From Candidatus Poseidoniales archaeon (lineage in GTDB: Archaea; Thermoplasmatota; Poseidoniia; Poseidoniales; Poseidoniaceae): a DNA stretch of 64,000 bases. Positions 1 to 8,885 of this stretch are shown here, one piece after another. Both the position numbers and the translations under genes were made by a program. A model generated the notes under the pieces. It saw nothing but the letters and a program-made list of their open reading frames with translations, ran no database searches and was not told the origin of the DNA. The DNA is taken from contig QQRY01000018.1 in NCBI GenBank assembly GCA_003602575.1, forward strand, positions 21,632 through 85,631, given 5' to 3'. How positions within the stretch are numbered: position 1 is the stretch's first letter; every line of letters begins with the position of its first letter.

Positions 1-777
1 TTCATCGACCGATTTTTCTATCCTCTTTTCAGTGGAATTTTTCTTGAATCAGAATTACGAACCAATGAAAGATTATTCAAATTTATTTTTCGTACAATGT
101 CCAAAGGCGATATGGTTTTGCCAAAAAAGGGAATACAAGCAATACCTGATTTATTGGCACAAGAGATTCCAAAGGGAAATATAGAACTCAATTCAGACGT
201 AGAAATCATATCGCCTAATACAATCAAAGTTAACGATGAGGAAAAACAATATCATGGCGTAATAATCGCTTTTGACGATAGAACTAATTTATCAAAGAAA
301 CATGTTTGGACACTATATTTTTCTGCTGATAAATCGCCTCTATCAAGTAAGCACATAATGCTAAATTCCGAAATTAGGAATTCCGATGATTTAATCTCTT
401 ACATATCGGTGCCTTCCGATATTCAATCAAACTATTCTCCGGTTGGTAAATCACTGATTTGTGTGACGGTTTTAGGAGATAAATGCGATAATCTAGGAAT
501 TAATTCCAAAGAGGAGGTATTGTCCAAAGTTGAGTTGGAGTTAAGAAAATGGTACGGTGATGAAGTTCAATCTTGGAGTTCTATCGCAATTCAACATATC
601 ATAAATGCCTTGCCTGAATCCGACTCAGAATTTTTTACACAAATAGATTCAAACAATGAGGACGGTTTTTTCCGCTGTGGAGATTTCATGACTCATGGCA
701 GTGTTGAGGGGGCTCTTATTTCGGCAAGAAAAACAGTTGAGAATGTCGGGCAAAAAATTCCTTTGTTAAGCCAATAA
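1..777 (+). CDS. FAD-dependent oxidoreductase (flavin amine oxidase/protoporphyrinogen oxidase-like), 5'-truncated by the window edge
   Basis: Frame is open from base 1 (FIDRFFYPLFSGIFLE...) into the ORF 97..777; C-terminal CGD...GSVEGALISA..A motif of flavin amine oxidases. Confidence 0.7.
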   Translation, partial: FIDRFFYPLFSGIFLESELRTNERLFKFIFRTMSKGDMVLPKKGIQAIPDLLAQEIPKGNIELNSDVEIISPNTIKVNDEEKQYHGVIIAFDDRTNLSKKHVWTLYFSADKSPLSSKHIMLNSEIRNSDDLISYISVPSDIQSNYSPVGKSLICVTVLGDKCDNLGINSKEEVLSKVELELRKWYGDEVQSWSSIAIQHIINALPESDSEFFTQIDSNNEDGFFRCGDFMTHGSVEGALISARKTVENVGQKIPLLSQ

Positions 778-850
778 ATGCTTGCTAAATAGTATTTCAA
801 AATACGGTTCAATACTGTTCTTTATATGCCGAGACCGGGCCAATTAATTC

Positions 851-2455
851 ATGCAAGAATCAAACAAACCAACCGCGATTATTATCGGAGCTGGACCAGG
901 GGGACTAGCGAGTGCTTTACTGCTAGCACATTCTGGTGTTGACGTCACCATTCTCGAAAAAGAAGATAAGGTCGGAGGCCGAACCAAACTTGTCCAAAAA
1001 GATGGGTTTACATTTGACCGAGGTCCAACCTTTTTCCACTATCCGGAAGTTATTGAAGAGATTTTTCAAGCAATTGGACTTGATGCTCACAAAGAACTTG
1101 GCTTAATGCCTCTTGACCCTATGTATAGACTGGTATTTGGTGCAGGTGGTCACATTGATGCGACCAGTAAACTTGACGAAATGACTGAAAGAATACGTGA
1201 ACTTGCAGGGGATAAGAACGCTAAAGGCTTCGAAAACTATGTTATACAAAACCGCAAGAAACTCAACTTTTCCAAGCAATGTTTGCAAACTCCATGGACC
1301 AGTCCGCTAAATATACTTTCTAAGAGGGCGATGAGGGTCGCTACAATTCTCAAGCCATGGGCCAGTGTTGCTGGAGATCTAAGTAAGCATTTTGATGATG
1401 AAAGAGTTCGACTTGCTATGTCTTTTCAGACAAAGTACTTGGGAATGAGTCCGTTTCATGCACCGTCCTTGTTTACAATTCTTGCTTTCCTTGAATATGA
1501 ACACGGTATATTCCATGCCAAGGGAGGACTTGGTAGTATTACAGCCCGTATGGGTGAAATAGCGGAAGGCATGGGTGTAAAAATCCGCTGCAGTACTCCG
1601 GTGAAATCGTTGATATACGAAGGAAAAACAGTTGTAGGTGCACGTATTGAAGGAGAAGAAATCCATGCTGATAAAGTAATTGTTAATGCAGATTTCGCGC
1701 ATGCCATGACAACCCTTGTTCCAAATGAGAAGAGAAAGAAGTGGTCGAATAAGAAACTCGAAAAGAAGGGATACTCTTGTTCGACTTTCATGCTTTATCT
1801 CGGCGTAGATAAGATGTATGATTTGCCTCACCACCAAATCTATGCCTCCTCGGCTTATGAGAAGAATCTCCATGATATCACAAACCACAAGCTCACCTGG
1901 GATGACCCGTCAGTATATGTTCAAAATGCTAGTATCACTGACGATAGCCTAGCGCCGAAAGGCCAATCGACGGTCTACGTATTAGTTCCAGTTCCAAATA
2001 CTCATGATACAATTGTTTGGGATGACATCAAAGCAGACTATCGAGATACTATCGTAAAGCAACTTGCTAAACTTGGTTATGATGACATTGCAGACCATAT
2101 CGTCTCTGAGACTATTGTAACTCCAGATGACTGGGGTGCATCAGACATTTACCGAGGTGCTGTGTTCAATCTCACCCATGACTTGAAACAAATGCTCTGG
2201 AGGAGGCCACAAAATCGCTTTGAAGAAGCCAAAAACTTGTACATAGTAGGCGGTGGAACTCACCCTGGTAGTGGTCTTCCGACCATATTTGAGAGCGCTC
2301 GAATCAGCAGTAAATTGGTATTAGCAGACATGGGACTAGATCCTGATTGGAACGGCGTTAGTAATTGGTTTGAAGATATGAAGAAGCCTAAAGTCAAAAA
2401 GGCAAATAAAGTCTCCATGAAAAGTAATGCAACTGGTGAGGGCCATGCTGCATAG
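851..2455 (+). CDS. crtI: Phytoene desaturase family protein (CrtI/CrtN)
   Basis: N-terminal IIGAGPGGL Rossmann motif, GFTFDRGPT, YSCSTFMLYLG, and C-terminal NLYIVGGGTHPGSGLPTIFESARI signature. Confidence 0.85.
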   Translation: MQESNKPTAIIIGAGPGGLASALLLAHSGVDVTILEKEDKVGGRTKLVQKDGFTFDRGPTFFHYPEVIEEIFQAIGLDAHKELGLMPLDPMYRLVFGAGGHIDATSKLDEMTERIRELAGDKNAKGFENYVIQNRKKLNFSKQCLQTPWTSPLNILSKRAMRVATILKPWASVAGDLSKHFDDERVRLAMSFQTKYLGMSPFHAPSLFTILAFLEYEHGIFHAKGGLGSITARMGEIAEGMGVKIRCSTPVKSLIYEGKTVVGARIEGEEIHADKVIVNADFAHAMTTLVPNEKRKKWSNKKLEKKGYSCSTFMLYLGVDKMYDLPHHQIYASSAYEKNLHDITNHKLTWDDPSVYVQNASITDDSLAPKGQSTVYVLVPVPNTHDTIVWDDIKADYRDTIVKQLAKLGYDDIADHIVSETIVTPDDWGASDIYRGAVFNLTHDLKQMLWRRPQNRFEEAKNLYIVGGGTHPGSGLPTIFESARISSKLVLADMGLDPDWNGVSNWFEDMKKPKVKKANKVSMKSNATGEGHAA

Positions 2456-3047
2456 ATTTTCTATCATCTGTATCGCATTGATTATTCTGCTTCCTGGTTG
2501 CATAGAATCACAATCAGTAGTAGGCGACAAGGGAGACGAAATACCCCTCAGGCTATCTTTCAAAGCAGATACTTTGGATAGGCCTGAAGACGGTGGCTCC
2601 AGTTTTGATTTGAAAGAAGAGTTAGAAAATGGACCGGTTCTAATGTTATGGATTGGTTCGGGGTGTTCAGGTTGTCATGATTGGACTAATCTGATACGAC
2701 AAGGTCTTGAAAATGGTTCTCTAGATAATTCTACATTGAGTATAATCAGCGTTCATGGATGGTCTGGAATAGAAGGGCCAGAAGAGGTCATGGATGCTTT
2801 TGGAACAGATTCTAATGACACATCGTACACTCCTTGGAAGATTGTAATGGGCAAGAAAAATACTCCTGCATTATATTATTTCTCAGAACAAGATACTGGC
2901 TATGGTTTGTATGAAGCCTTTGGCAATCCATCTACGCCAACACTCCAATTAATAGGCGATAATGGAATTAAAATGTGGCAATCAAAGAACTATTGGGCGA
3001 ATTCAACAATTTTACAAGAAATATGGGGTACTGCGTCTCAGTTGTGA
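2445..3047 (+). CDS. Thioredoxin-fold (redoxin-like) putative lipoprotein
   Basis: SD-like GGTGAGG before ATG 2445; hydrophobic leader ending LLPGC (lipobox-like); WIGSGCSGC CxxC motif; distal TP (cis-Pro) motif. Confidence 0.6.
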   Translation: MLHRFSIICIALIILLPGCIESQSVVGDKGDEIPLRLSFKADTLDRPEDGGSSFDLKEELENGPVLMLWIGSGCSGCHDWTNLIRQGLENGSLDNSTLSIISVHGWSGIEGPEEVMDAFGTDSNDTSYTPWKIVMGKKNTPALYYFSEQDTGYGLYEAFGNPSTPTLQLIGDNGIKMWQSKNYWANSTILQEIWGTASQL

Positions 3048-3125
3048 TTATTTATCACCAGTCATTGGACAATCAACCTCAAAGACTGCGGGTGTTAGCG
3101 TCATAATGTCCGCCCTGTTGGGCGG

Positions 3126-3950
3126 GTGGTGAGAGCTTTGGGTGAAGGCATAAAACTCCCAGTGATTAACGGACTGGGCCGTACCGATAGGAAAGACAGG
3201 TGGTGGTCTCAACCACTGGTCATGGGTATTGGATTGAACATTGCTCTACTGTATACATTTTGGCGACTATTCATCTATACAACTGATGGGACTATTGAAT
3301 ATGATTTACAAGGCAGCGTAGTCATGTCTCCTATATTCTCTCCAAATGTCTTGGAATGGGATTTATTTGGCTTATCTTCTTGGGATCACCCATCTTGGGT
3401 CAATGCTGCCATTCTTGTTTTATGGATTCCTTTTGGATTTAGAGGCACTTGCTATTACATGCGTAGAGTCTACTATCGAACCTTTTTTGCAAGTCCAGTA
3501 GCATGCTGGGTAGACGAACCAGATATTAGTAAAAAGATTGGATACAAAGGTGAAAAGAGATTATTCATTTTCAATAACTTGCATCGATATTTCCTTTATG
3601 CTGCTATGATTATTCTTTTGATTAAATGGTGGGATGTAACCCATACCATGACCTTTGATGATGGATTTGGCGTATCGATTGGTACTTTTGTTATGGGTAT
3701 TGAAGCATTCTTGCTAACAATGTACGTCACATCATGTCACGCTCTTAGACATCTTGCTGGTGGCGTTTTAGACCGTTGGACCACTGGCGTCAGCAGAATT
3801 AGAGGCAAATTATTTGGCAAGATTTCAATAATTAACAGGTCTCATGGTTTTTGGTTTTGGACTTCTTTGATATTCGTTTTCTTGGGCGACCTATGGGTTT
3901 TAGCCGTTTGTAAAGGTTATTTTAGCGATGTGGCGCTATTTGTGATTTGA
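3126..3950 (+). CDS. sdhC: Succinate dehydrogenase membrane anchor, mycobacterial Sdh1 (Rv0249c-like, type F) family
   Basis: Motifs [15 protein letters not shown], SPxAC, YxGExR, NxHRYF, YxxSCHxxRHxxGG and NxxH match the Rv0249c-type anchor as I recall it; directly upstream of sdhAB. Start codon uncertain. Confidence 0.8.
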   Translation: MVRALGEGIKLPVINGLGRTDRKDRWWSQPLVMGIGLNIALLYTFWRLFIYTTDGTIEYDLQGSVVMSPIFSPNVLEWDLFGLSSWDHPSWVNAAILVLWIPFGFRGTCYYMRRVYYRTFFASPVACWVDEPDISKKIGYKGEKRLFIFNNLHRYFLYAAMIILLIKWWDVTHTMTFDDGFGVSIGTFVMGIEAFLLTMYVTSCHALRHLAGGVLDRWTTGVSRIRGKLFGKISIINRSHGFWFWTSLIFVFLGDLWVLAVCKGYFSDVALFVI

Positions 3951-3960
3951 GGTGTTGATG

Positions 3961-5814
3961 ATGTCTGAAGATTACAAGAAATATGAATATGATGTCATAG
4001 TAATTGGTGCTGGTGGTGCAGGACTTAGAGCGGCGATTGAAGCTGCTAGAAGTGGTGCTAAAACCGCAATAATCACCAAATCTTTACTCGGTAAAGCGCA
4101 TACGGTAATGGCCGAAGGTGGATGTGCTGCAGCCTTACAAAATGCAGATCCAAGAGATGGATGGAAAGTTCACTTTCACGATACAATGAAAGGAAGTAAA
4201 TGGCTTGCTAATTGGCAAATGGCAGAATACCATGCAAAAGAAGCCCCAGATAGAGTTAGAGAACTCGAGCAGTGGGGCGCTGTTTTTGATAGAACTCCAA
4301 AAAACCTAATCAATCAAAGAAACTTTGGTGGCCATACATTCCCTAGACTTGCTCACGTCGGTGATGCAACAGGTCTAGAATTAATCCGTACGTTACAAGA
4401 AAGAGGAATTCATGAAGGCATTGACATCTTCATGGAATACACCGTTCGACACCTCCTAAAAGAAGGAGATAGAGTCACTGGATGTGTTGCTTATACTAGA
4501 GTCGACGGAGATTTCCATGCCTTCTCTGCTAAATCAGTAGTGCTTGCAACCGGTGGCATAACTCGATGTTGGTCTGTTTGTTCAGGTTCATGGGAATATA
4601 CTGGTGATGGACATGCCCTTGCACTGTGGGCTGGGGCTGAACTAAGGGATATGGAATTTATTCAATTCCACCCGACAGGAATGGTTTGGCCGCCATCTGT
4701 TAGAGGTATATTGGTGACAGAAGGAGTTAGAGGAGAAGGTGGTAGGCTTACTAACTCTGAAGGTGAGCGGTTCATGTTTGACTATGTTCCAGAAATGTTT
4801 GCTGGTGATCACGCTGAAACCATTGAAGAGTCTGATCAATGGGTTGAAGAAGTGGTATCAGGAAAGATTGCTACCGTTAGAAGACCTCCTGAATTACTCA
4901 CTAGAGACGTTGTTTCTAAAGCGATAAATTCTGAAGTCAAAGCTGGCCGAGGTTCACCTCATGGAGGTGCTTTCTTAGATATTTCACATCGTGGAGAAGA
5001 AGCTATCTTGAAGAAATTACCTTCAATGCATCATCAATTCAAAGAACTTGCAGGAGTCGATATTTCGAAAGAACCGATGGAGGTCGGTCCAACCGCCCAC
5101 TATGTTATGGGTGGTGTTTTGGTTGATGCAGAAACCCAAGAAACGACAGTCAAGGGCCTTTATGCATGCGGTGAAGCCGCTTCAGGCCTTCATGGTGCAA
5201 ATCGACTAGGCGGTAATTCTCTTTCAGATTTAATCGTATTTGGTAAGAGAGCGGGAGAATTTTCTGCAGCAAGAGCCAAAAATCTCGCTCAACCCACAAT
5301 AGATGATTCCCAAGTACAAGAAGCGATTAGAATAATGCTGGAGCCGTTCAATCATGAGGGTGGAGAAAATCCAGGATTGATTTATGATGAGATGCGTGAC
5401 ATGATGCAAGCAAAAGTTGGAATAATTCGTACAGAATCAGAATTAAGCGAAGCCCTCGATGACTTGAAAGAATTTGAAAAGCGTCGGAAGATCTGCTACC
5501 CTGGAAGTTCAAGAAAGTATAATTCAGGATGGCATCAAGCATTAGATCTAAAAAATATGGTGGATATCTCATATGTTGCAACTTTGGCTGCAATTACGCG
5601 TGAAGAGAGTAGAGGGGGACATACTCGTGATGATTTCCCTGTTCCTGAAGATGAATACTGGGGTAAGACTCTGAATATAATTTGGATGGAAGATGGCGAG
5701 ATAAAGATACGACAAGAACCCGTTGAGGAAATGCGTGAGGACTTAGCAAAAGTAATCAAGGAAGTTAAAGAAATAATTGCTGAAAGAGCTGCTGAGGCAG
5801 GAGGTGAAGATTAA
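3961..5814 (+). CDS. sdhA: Succinate dehydrogenase/fumarate reductase flavoprotein subunit
   Basis: [16 protein letters not shown] (FAD-His), [50 protein letters not shown] at 3949. Confidence 0.95.
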   Translation: MSEDYKKYEYDVIVIGAGGAGLRAAIEAARSGAKTAIITKSLLGKAHTVMAEGGCAAALQNADPRDGWKVHFHDTMKGSKWLANWQMAEYHAKEAPDRVRELEQWGAVFDRTPKNLINQRNFGGHTFPRLAHVGDATGLELIRTLQERGIHEGIDIFMEYTVRHLLKEGDRVTGCVAYTRVDGDFHAFSAKSVVLATGGITRCWSVCSGSWEYTGDGHALALWAGAELRDMEFIQFHPTGMVWPPSVRGILVTEGVRGEGGRLTNSEGERFMFDYVPEMFAGDHAETIEESDQWVEEVVSGKIATVRRPPELLTRDVVSKAINSEVKAGRGSPHGGAFLDISHRGEEAILKKLPSMHHQFKELAGVDISKEPMEVGPTAHYVMGGVLVDAETQETTVKGLYACGEAASGLHGANRLGGNSLSDLIVFGKRAGEFSAARAKNLAQPTIDDSQVQEAIRIMLEPFNHEGGENPGLIYDEMRDMMQAKVGIIRTESELSEALDDLKEFEKRRKICYPGSSRKYNSGWHQALDLKNMVDISYVATLAAITREESRGGHTRDDFPVPEDEYWGKTLNIIWMEDGEIKIRQEPVEEMREDLAKVIKEVKEIIAERAAEAGGED

Positions 5815-6581
5815 TGTCTCTAAAAGGTAGAAAGCAAGATTTCTTGATAACTCGTGGTGAAGGAGAATCTTCGGAAATGGAAGACTATGAAATTGAACTG
5901 GATGAAGGTATGGTTGTATTAGATTGCGTCCATAAAATCCAATATGAGCAAGAACCAGATCTAGCAGTCAGATGGAATTGTAAAGCTGGGAAATGTGGTT
6001 CATGTTCTGCAGAAATAAATGGCAAACCACGTTTGATGTGCATGACTAGAATGAGTGATGTTGTCGCTGAAACACCCGAAGGCCAACCTATTGAAATTCG
6101 ACCAATGAAGGCTTTCCCGCATATCAAAGATCTTGTCACAGATGTATCATGGAATTATGAAATGGCCCAAAAAATAAAGCCAATAAACGGACCTAAGGAG
6201 ATGAATTGGGAATTTAATCAAATGGAAGCTGATAGAGTTCAACAATTTAGAGAATGTATCGAATGTTTCCTGTGTGTCAATACATGTCACGTACTAAGAG
6301 ACCACGCGCAATTCGATGATTTCGCAGGACCAAGAAACTTGGTTAGGCTTGCTCAATATGAAATGCATCCGCTTGATCTTGAAGACAGAGTCCCAGAAAT
6401 AAAGAAAGAATTTGGTGTCGAATACTGTAACATAACTCGCTGTTGTACGGAAGTTTGCCCAGCAGGAATTCAAATTACTGATGATGCTATTATACAACTA
6501 AAGGAAAGAGTAGTAGACCGTTATTATGATCCGCTTCAAAGGATTTGGCGTACATTAACTAGGAAGAAAGTACGTTATTGA
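5814..6581 (+). CDS. sdhB: Succinate dehydrogenase iron-sulfur subunit
   Basis: CKAGKCGSC...C, CIECFLCVNTC and CNITRCCTEVCP cluster motifs; TAATG coupling to sdhA. Confidence 0.95.
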   Translation: MSLKGRKQDFLITRGEGESSEMEDYEIELDEGMVVLDCVHKIQYEQEPDLAVRWNCKAGKCGSCSAEINGKPRLMCMTRMSDVVAETPEGQPIEIRPMKAFPHIKDLVTDVSWNYEMAQKIKPINGPKEMNWEFNQMEADRVQQFRECIECFLCVNTCHVLRDHAQFDDFAGPRNLVRLAQYEMHPLDLEDRVPEIKKEFGVEYCNITRCCTEVCPAGIQITDDAIIQLKERVVDRYYDPLQRIWRTLTRKKVRY

Positions 6582-6594
6582 AAGGCGATATTAG

Positions 6595-7002
6595 ATGAAT
6601 GGAATTGTTTGGATAAAACATATTTCATCTTTTATACTTGGATTATTTTTCATCAATGTGGGCATTGGTCATTTCTTAGAACCAGAATGGTTCGAACCAA
6701 TAGTGCCAACGATCCTTGGCGACCCTACTTTTTGGGTTTTAATCACTGGTGCGATAGAAATTGCAGTGGGCGTCGGATTAATCATTCCCAAAACGCGTAA
6801 ATACTCTGGTTTACTGATGACTCTATTCCTGATTGTGGTTTATTGGGCTAATTTGAATATGTGGGTTAATGATGTACCATTAGAGGGGAAAACATTTGCA
6901 ACTATTTGGCACATATTGCGCCTTATTGGTCAACTATTGATGATTGCAGTTGCGCTTTGGGTTGGCGGTTGGATCCCCAAGAGGAATAGAAATGAGAATT
7001 AA
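6595..7002 (+). CDS. DoxX-like membrane protein
   Basis: FFINVGIGHF...IVP...TGAIEI..G.GL...ANL pattern; four TM segments. Confidence 0.7.
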   Translation: MNGIVWIKHISSFILGLFFINVGIGHFLEPEWFEPIVPTILGDPTFWVLITGAIEIAVGVGLIIPKTRKYSGLLMTLFLIVVYWANLNMWVNDVPLEGKTFATIWHILRLIGQLLMIAVALWVGGWIPKRNRNEN

Positions 7003-7390
7003 TTCGCATCCCAACTATAGTCAAAAAATAGGTCTTATCTTGTTGATATTATCGATAATAGTATTTATTTTCCCTCAATTTTTACAATCAAGTTTGGAAT
7101 CAAAAGAACTAGTTGATATAGTCGATTATAGAATAAGATTTTCAGCATTACCATTTGGAATAGGTATATTTCTCCTGACACTAAGTAAGATTCAGTCAGA
7201 AAACATTGGAATAAAAATACTCACTTGTTTACTCATCATAGATCTTGGATACTTCTCAACTAGATTCTTTTCGATGATAATACATGGATTTAATTCCAGT
7301 GCCCAACTTAAATGGCTAGCCATTGAATTTATAATTGCCACTGTAATATTAATTATTATGAATTTTAAAAAGGCCTCTCCAAGGACCTAA
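6992..7390 (+). CDS. Hypothetical membrane protein
   Basis: ATG at 6992 overlaps the end of the upstream gene; about four hydrophobic segments; visibly AT-rich. Confidence 0.55.
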   Translation: MRINSHPNYSQKIGLILLILSIIVFIFPQFLQSSLESKELVDIVDYRIRFSALPFGIGIFLLTLSKIQSENIGIKILTCLLIIDLGYFSTRFFSMIIHGFNSSAQLKWLAIEFIIATVILIIMNFKKASPRT

Positions 7391-7404
7391 GTCCTTGAAG
7401 GGGC
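7367..7404 (-). terminator. Putative intrinsic (hairpin + U-tract) terminator for the MC1 gene
   Basis: Minus strand GCCCCTTCAAGGAC-TTAG-GTCCTTGGAGAGGC followed by CTTTTT, about 50 nt downstream of the MC1 stop. Confidence 0.55.
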
Positions 7405-7455
7405 AGTTGCATTCCTCGGAATACATTAATCATAAATTAGCCTTGGTAATGACAC

Positions 7456-7719
7456 TCAGAGGTGTTCAATACCGGTCTTTTTGACATTGGCCTTCTTGAT
7501 CTTATCAGGTAGCCAAGCAGGACCGTTCGCTGGCTTATCAACCATCGAAATACTGCCAGTGAAGCAGTGGACTCTCTTTGTTCCACGCTCACGTAGGCGT
7601 ATGGTCTCATGTCCGCGGGTTGCAGCTTTTAGGGCTGCTCCACGGGGTTGTTTGCTTGCAAAAACCTGGCTCGTATCTTTACCGCCCTCCATAAGGACGA
7701 AATATTTTTTATCAGACAT
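7456..7719 (-). CDS. Non-histone chromosomal protein MC1
   Basis: YFVL...VFxxKQPRGAALKAATRG...IRLRERGTKRVHxF...PAWLPDKIKKANVKK is the MC1 signature; SD GGAGGT upstream. Confidence 0.9.
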   Translation of the reverse strand: MSDKKYFVLMEGGKDTSQVFASKQPRGAALKAATRGHETIRLRERGTKRVHCFTGSISMVDKPANGPAWLPDKIKKANVKKTGIEHL

Positions 7720-7880
7720 TTTGGATAACCTCCGATAACTGTCCAGGCTATACAGTATTTAGTATTTACGGAAAAAAACACGCATACTGCGCTACATATG
7801 GGGCGCAAGACTCCATTCGAAATGCAATTTCTGCACAAATAGTATGCAGTAAAGCGATTAAAAACTTATACTTTTAGAAA

Positions 7881-8114
7881 TTAAATATCTGCTCCGGCAA
7901 GAGTTTTTGTATTGATAACTCCTTTGACAGAACGTATGGTTTCAACTACAGTTTTTGCAATCGATGCTAAGTCTTCTGCTACAAGTTTGATAATCAAGTC
8001 ATAATCTCCAAAAAGTACTGTAATATCTTGTACATGTTCGAAACCTTTCATTATTTCATAAACTTCAAGTTCTAACCCCGGTGCTACATTGACCAATACA
8101 TATCCTACTGCCAT
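7881..8114 (-). CDS. Stand-alone Lrp/AsnC ligand-binding (RAM) domain protein
   Basis: AVGYVLVNVAPG.E..V...LFGDYDLIIKL...IRSVKGVINTKTL; SD GGAGGT precedes ATG 8114. Confidence 0.85.
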   Translation of the reverse strand: MAVGYVLVNVAPGLELEVYEIMKGFEHVQDITVLFGDYDLIIKLVAEDLASIAKTVVETIRSVKGVINTKTLAGADI

Positions 8115-8250
8115 AGTACTCAATACCTCCCATAGCAAGTCAGCACATGAAACCTTCCGACAAACGGTTAAGTGAAAAAGTAGTTTTTTGGGTTAAAAAT
8201 AATGCAATTTAGCGAACTTGATAAGTAAGACGGCCCTCCATGGTTGTACG

Positions 8251-8877
8251 ATGCCGGAATTATATATGGCGAGGACATGCAAGTGGGGTATCCTCAAAGT
8301 CGTTGGTGGCGATTTGTGGGACCATGAAGGCGATGCATTAGTCACTCCTGCTAACAACAGATTATCTGGAAGAGAAGGCTTAGATTCTTTAGTTCATGCT
8401 AAAGCTGGAGAAGAACTTACTCAAGTTACTAGAAATATATGCTTAGAAATGCGTAAGATAAACGCTCCTCCTTGTGCAGTAACAAATAATGTTGTGACAG
8501 AACCATTCGCTTTAGAGAGTAATTTTAAGCATATCATTCATGCAGTAGGTCCTGATTGTAGAAGGCCGAATCAAGATGAATCGCGCCGTGAACTGCTCCC
8601 TCAAACATATCATAACTTATTTGACACCATAAAGGAGATTGGTGACATCAAGAAAATTGTCTCACCCCCAATATCAATGGGCATTTTTGGTTATCCGCAT
8701 AGAGAAGGGGCAAGAATCACTCTAGAAGTATTACTTGGCCATCTTGATGGCGAAGAGGACCCAGGTTTCAATGAGTTTTTGATCGTTGTCAAAGAACGCA
8801 ATTTCATCAGTAATATGCGTACTGTTTACCGTGAATCAGAAGATCAATTACCGGGTATAGATACAACTAATCAATAG
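8251..8877 (+). CDS. Macro domain protein (ADP-ribose binding/hydrolase family)
   Basis: VVGGDL...DALVTPANNRLSG..G, HIIHAVGP and PPISMGIFGYP motifs; start uncertain (8218 TTG or 8251 ATG). Confidence 0.85.
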   Translation: MPELYMARTCKWGILKVVGGDLWDHEGDALVTPANNRLSGREGLDSLVHAKAGEELTQVTRNICLEMRKINAPPCAVTNNVVTEPFALESNFKHIIHAVGPDCRRPNQDESRRELLPQTYHNLFDTIKEIGDIKKIVSPPISMGIFGYPHREGARITLEVLLGHLDGEEDPGFNEFLIVVKERNFISNMRTVYRESEDQLPGIDTTNQ

Positions 8878-8885
8878 GTGATTAT

